Shown piece after piece: positions 62,056 to 64,000 of a DNA stretch of 64,000 bases (its first letter is position 1; every line of letters starts with the position of its first letter). Source of the DNA: Candidatus Latescibacterota bacterium. Its GTDB lineage: Bacteria; Latescibacterota; UBA2968; UBA8231. Under the pieces are notes generated by a model. That model made no database searches and was not told where the DNA came from. It was given only the letters and a program-made list of their open reading frames with translations. Location: assembly GCA_020852055.1 (NCBI GenBank), contig JADZBP010000098.1, forward strand, positions 1,262-65,261, read 5' to 3'. The position numbers were made by a program, and so were the translations under genes.

Positions 62056-62256
62056 ATGTCCAGAGTCGATGAAATCAAGGCGGAGATCGAGCGTCTTCCC
62101 AACGAGGAGATTACCGAATTATTCCGCTGGCTTTCCGAGAAGGATTGGGAACATTGGGACCAGCAGATCGAAGCCGATGCACAGGCGGGGAGACTCGATT
62201 TCCTGATCCGAGAAGCACGCGATGAAAAGGCCAAGGGCAAGCTCCGGGATCTTTGA
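62056..62256 (+). CDS. small antitoxin-like protein (addiction-module component)
   Basis: 66 aa with RBS AAAGGAGGGGGG. The sequence is acidic and helical (EIKAEIERLPNEEITELFRWLSEKDWEHWDQQIEADAQAGRLDFLIREA). It overlaps the downstream toxin-like ORF. Confidence 0.65.
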   Translation: MSRVDEIKAEIERLPNEEITELFRWLSEKDWEHWDQQIEADAQAGRLDFLIREARDEKAKGKLRDL

Positions 62257-62509
62257 TGCACCGGAAACGGCCCGTTTCTGGGCTTGCCTTGCAGGACTTC
62301 CGGAAGAGATTCAGCAGGTAGCACACGAGAATTTTGCCCTGCTGAAGGCCAATCCACGCCATCCGTCACTGCAGCTTAAAAAGGTCGGCAAGTTCTGGTC
62401 AGCGAGGGCGGGCCTCCATCATCGCGCTCTGGCGGTCGAGGATGGCAGGGACTTCATCTGGGTGTGGATCGGACCTCACGACGAATACGAGCGGCTGATT
62501 AGGCAGTAG
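62222..62509 (+). CDS. ParE-like/RelE-superfamily type II toxin
   Basis: 95 aa. The pattern LP.EIQ....F.LLK.NP.HPSL..KKVG.FWS.R.G...RAL.V.....F.WVWIGPHDEYERL recalls the ParE-like toxin family (PF15781) as I remember it. The only in-frame start overlaps the antitoxin by 35 nt. Confidence 0.65.
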   Translation: MKRPRASSGIFDAPETARFWACLAGLPEEIQQVAHENFALLKANPRHPSLQLKKVGKFWSARAGLHHRALAVEDGRDFIWVWIGPHDEYERLIRQ

Positions 62510-62525
62510 ATCTGCCGAGACCGCT

Positions 62526-62550
62526 TCCGCCTGAACGGGCGGATTTTTTT
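62526..62550. terminator. hairpin + T7 between the toxin gene and the convergent regulator gene
   Basis: tccgcc-tgaacg-ggcgga is followed by TTTTTTT. Confidence 0.6.
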
Positions 62551-62558
62551 ACGCCTCC

Positions 62559-63134
62559 CTACTCCACGAAGATCGCCTCGTCGGGCCAGTCGTCCCGCAG
62601 CACCCCGTGGTGCATGTTGACCATCGGCAGATAGTTGTGCTCCCGCCGGATGGGGCCCAGCAGGCGGATGGTGCGCAACTCGACGATGGAATCCTCCCCG
62701 TGGTTCTTTTTGAGGGAAGGGATGATCTTCCCCTGCAGATTCTCGGCCACGTCGCTGTCGGACTCCCCCTCCAGCACCATCACCAGCGCGATGTGGCCGT
62801 CGGTCTCGGCCATGTAGCTGTCGCGGATCAGTTCGCTGAAAATATTAGCCACATTGGGCTCGCTGCGGATTTCCTGGACCAGCTGGCTGCGGGTGACCCC
62901 CAGTTTGAACTTGATGATGATCATGTGCTGGGTGTTGTAGCGGGCGGTGCCGTTGGTCTGCATCTCCACCGCCGCGTAATAGGAGAGGATGCCCTCCTGT
63001 TCCAGCCGGCCCCGCTTGCGGCTGACGGTGCGCACCGGAACCCCGGTCAGGGCACTGATCTTGTTGTCGGAGAAACGGGGATTGCGGATCAGGGAGCGGA
63101 CGATCTGCTGTTCCTGCTCGTCGAGCTTTCTCAT
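62559..63134 (-). CDS. Lrp/AsnC-like transcriptional regulator (HTH + ligand-binding alpha/beta domain, extended C-terminus)
   Basis: MRKLDEQEQQIVRSLIRNPRFSDNKISALTGVPVRTVSRKRGRLEQEGIL is an AsnC-type HTH, followed by a beta-alpha-beta-beta domain. An alternative GTG start lies at 63149. Confidence 0.65.
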   Translation of the reverse strand: MRKLDEQEQQIVRSLIRNPRFSDNKISALTGVPVRTVSRKRGRLEQEGILSYYAAVEMQTNGTARYNTQHMIIIKFKLGVTRSQLVQEIRSEPNVANIFSELIRDSYMAETDGHIALVMVLEGESDSDVAENLQGKIIPSLKKNHGEDSIVELRTIRLLGPIRREHNYLPMVNMHHGVLRDDWPDEAIFVE

Positions 63135-63242
63135 GGCATAAACTCTCACATGTCTCCGGTGACGATAGTAAATTTAGGCCATTTTTTAGCCTTTGGAAGG
63201 GAAAATATTGCATGACAGGGTAAATTAGTGGCAAGAAATTGA

Positions 63243-63270
63243 TTGACAAATCATCCGGTGCCTTTATATT
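63243..63270 (+). promoter_or_regulatory. strong sigma70-type promoter upstream of gltB leader
   Basis: TTGACA (63243-48), a 16-nt spacer, then TATATT (63265-70). The overlapping TATTAT gives an 18-nt spacing. Confidence 0.6.
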
Positions 63271-63406
63271 ATTCCCCACCTTGCAGTCTTGCCCTTGGGG
63301 CGCAGTCGGTCCCGGCAGCCCGCAGAGAGTGGCCCGGGGGGCCAACCCCCTGTCCTAATTCCCTCCGCAGATCCTGCAGGTACTCCAGTCACTATTGTTT
63401 GAGGCA

Positions 63407-63456
63407 GACCAGAGGTAGCGCCGCCAAGGCGCCGACCTCTGGCGGTCTTTTTATTT
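63407..63456 (+). terminator. intrinsic terminator/attenuator hairpin about 60 nt upstream of the gltB start
   Basis: ccagaggtagcgcc-gccaa-ggcgccgacctctgg forms about 13 bp with one bulge. It is followed by cggtcTTTTTATTT. Confidence 0.7.
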
Positions 63457-63517
63457 GCATACCCACGGTGCGGCAGCTGGCAGGCAGCCGGCCGGGCATC
63501 TGCAGAAAGGGCACGCC

Positions 63518-64000
63518 ATGATCAACCCAGGCTTACCCCCGGCCCAAGGCCTCTATAACCCCGACCACGAACACGAAGCCTGCGGTATCGGTTTTGTGGT
63601 CAACGTCAAGGGGGTCAAATCCCACCAGATCGTGCACCAGGCTCTCAGCGTGCTGGTCAACCTGGATCACCGCGGGGCCTGCGGTTGCGAGGACAATACC
63701 GGCGACGGGGCCGGAATCCTGTTGCAGATTCCCGACGAGTTCCTGCGCCACGCCTGCGACGGCCTGGAGATTCACCTGCCCAAGGCGGGGGAGTTCGGGG
63801 TGGGCATGGTCTACCTGCCCCACGACCGCGAGGTGCGGCGGGCCTGCGAGAAGCGTTTCGAGCAGGTGGTCCTCGACGAGGGACAGCAGGTGCTGGGATG
63901 GCGCACCGTGCCCACCGACAATATCTACCTGGGGCCCACGGCCAAGGCTTCCGAGCCCTTCGTGCGCCAGATCTTCATCGGGCGCAATCCGGCGATCACC
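63518..64000 (+). CDS. gltB: glutamate synthase large subunit, N-terminal (Ntn amidotransferase) part; runs off the window
   Basis: This ORF is not in the supplied track because it has no stop within the window. My own translation from the ATG at 63518 gives MINPGLPPAQGLYNPDHEHEACGIGFVVNVKGVKSHQIVHQALSVLVNLDHRGACGCEDNTGDGAGILLQIP. That is the canonical GltB N-terminus with the catalytic Cys. Confidence 0.9.
   Translation, partial: MINPGLPPAQGLYNPDHEHEACGIGFVVNVKGVKSHQIVHQALSVLVNLDHRGACGCEDNTGDGAGILLQIPDEFLRHACDGLEIHLPKAGEFGVGMVYLPHDREVRRACEKRFEQVVLDEGQQVLGWRTVPTDNIYLGPTAKASEPFVRQIFIGRNPAIT

Noticed and set aside
63243-63521. The 92-aa plus-strand ORF in the Lrp-gltB intergenic region.
   Set aside because: It starts inside the promoter hexamer and spans the terminator hairpin. 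The translation is Pro/Ser/Cys/Arg-rich with no motif. The region is better explained as non-coding leader RNA.

Overview
This is a high-GC chromosomal segment from a diderm (Gram-negative-type) bacterium, shown by Tol-Pal, SurA and a secretin. It is densely packed, and I support about 55 protein-coding genes. I found no rRNA, tRNA or CRISPR array. Many long ORFs in the six-frame track are antisense 'shadow' ORFs typical of GC-rich DNA, and I rejected them.

Gene order, left to right:
- 103-6445 (-): a very large LamG/beta-propeller hybrid sensor kinase, translationally coupled to a sigma54-dependent response regulator.
- 6766-11539: comM, an enolase-superfamily enzyme and a GH127-like hydrolase.
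- 11710-18353 (+): a complete tolQ-tolR-tolA-like-tolB-pal-cpoB cluster. It runs without a terminator into four unusual genes: a TrmY-like SPOUT protein, a miniature flagellar-rod-like protein, a degenerate LytM factor and a bactofilin.
- 18443-22762: an orphan groEL with a CIRCE operator, then lipB, icd and moaC.
- 22759-32382 (-): a long minus-strand array of OmpA-like, atypical transcarbamylase, DHH phosphoesterase, SAM methyltransferase, S4 protein, SurA, a parvulin and mfd.
- 32488-47793: yfbR, then a catabolic neighbourhood. It contains an AstE-like deacylase, a PLP enzyme, a DapA-like enzyme, and a nine-gene tightly coupled operon (AKR, M1 aminopeptidase, two amidohydrolases, BNR, GH42-like, Ldh_2, DUF2961/GH172).
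- 47851-52841: hpf, pntAA-pntAB-pntB and glgC.
- 52973-55810: an orphan secretin with a long uncharacterised C-terminal extension, plus a lipoprotein, behind a consensus sigma70 promoter.
- 55811-62550: a compositionally distinct, lower-GC island. It carries an ECF sigma factor fused to a DUF4097-like domain, a CBM9/DUF5916-type outer-membrane protein, an IS630 element and a ParE-like toxin-antitoxin pair.
- 62559-64000: an Lrp-like regulator, a promoter-plus-terminator unit (candidate leader RNA or sRNA), and the 5' end of gltB.

The best candidates for undescribed biology are the orphan secretin module, the ECF-DUF4097 fusion with its outer-membrane partner, and the four-gene extension of the Tol-Pal operon. 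All functional calls come from reading motifs by eye. No database search was run.
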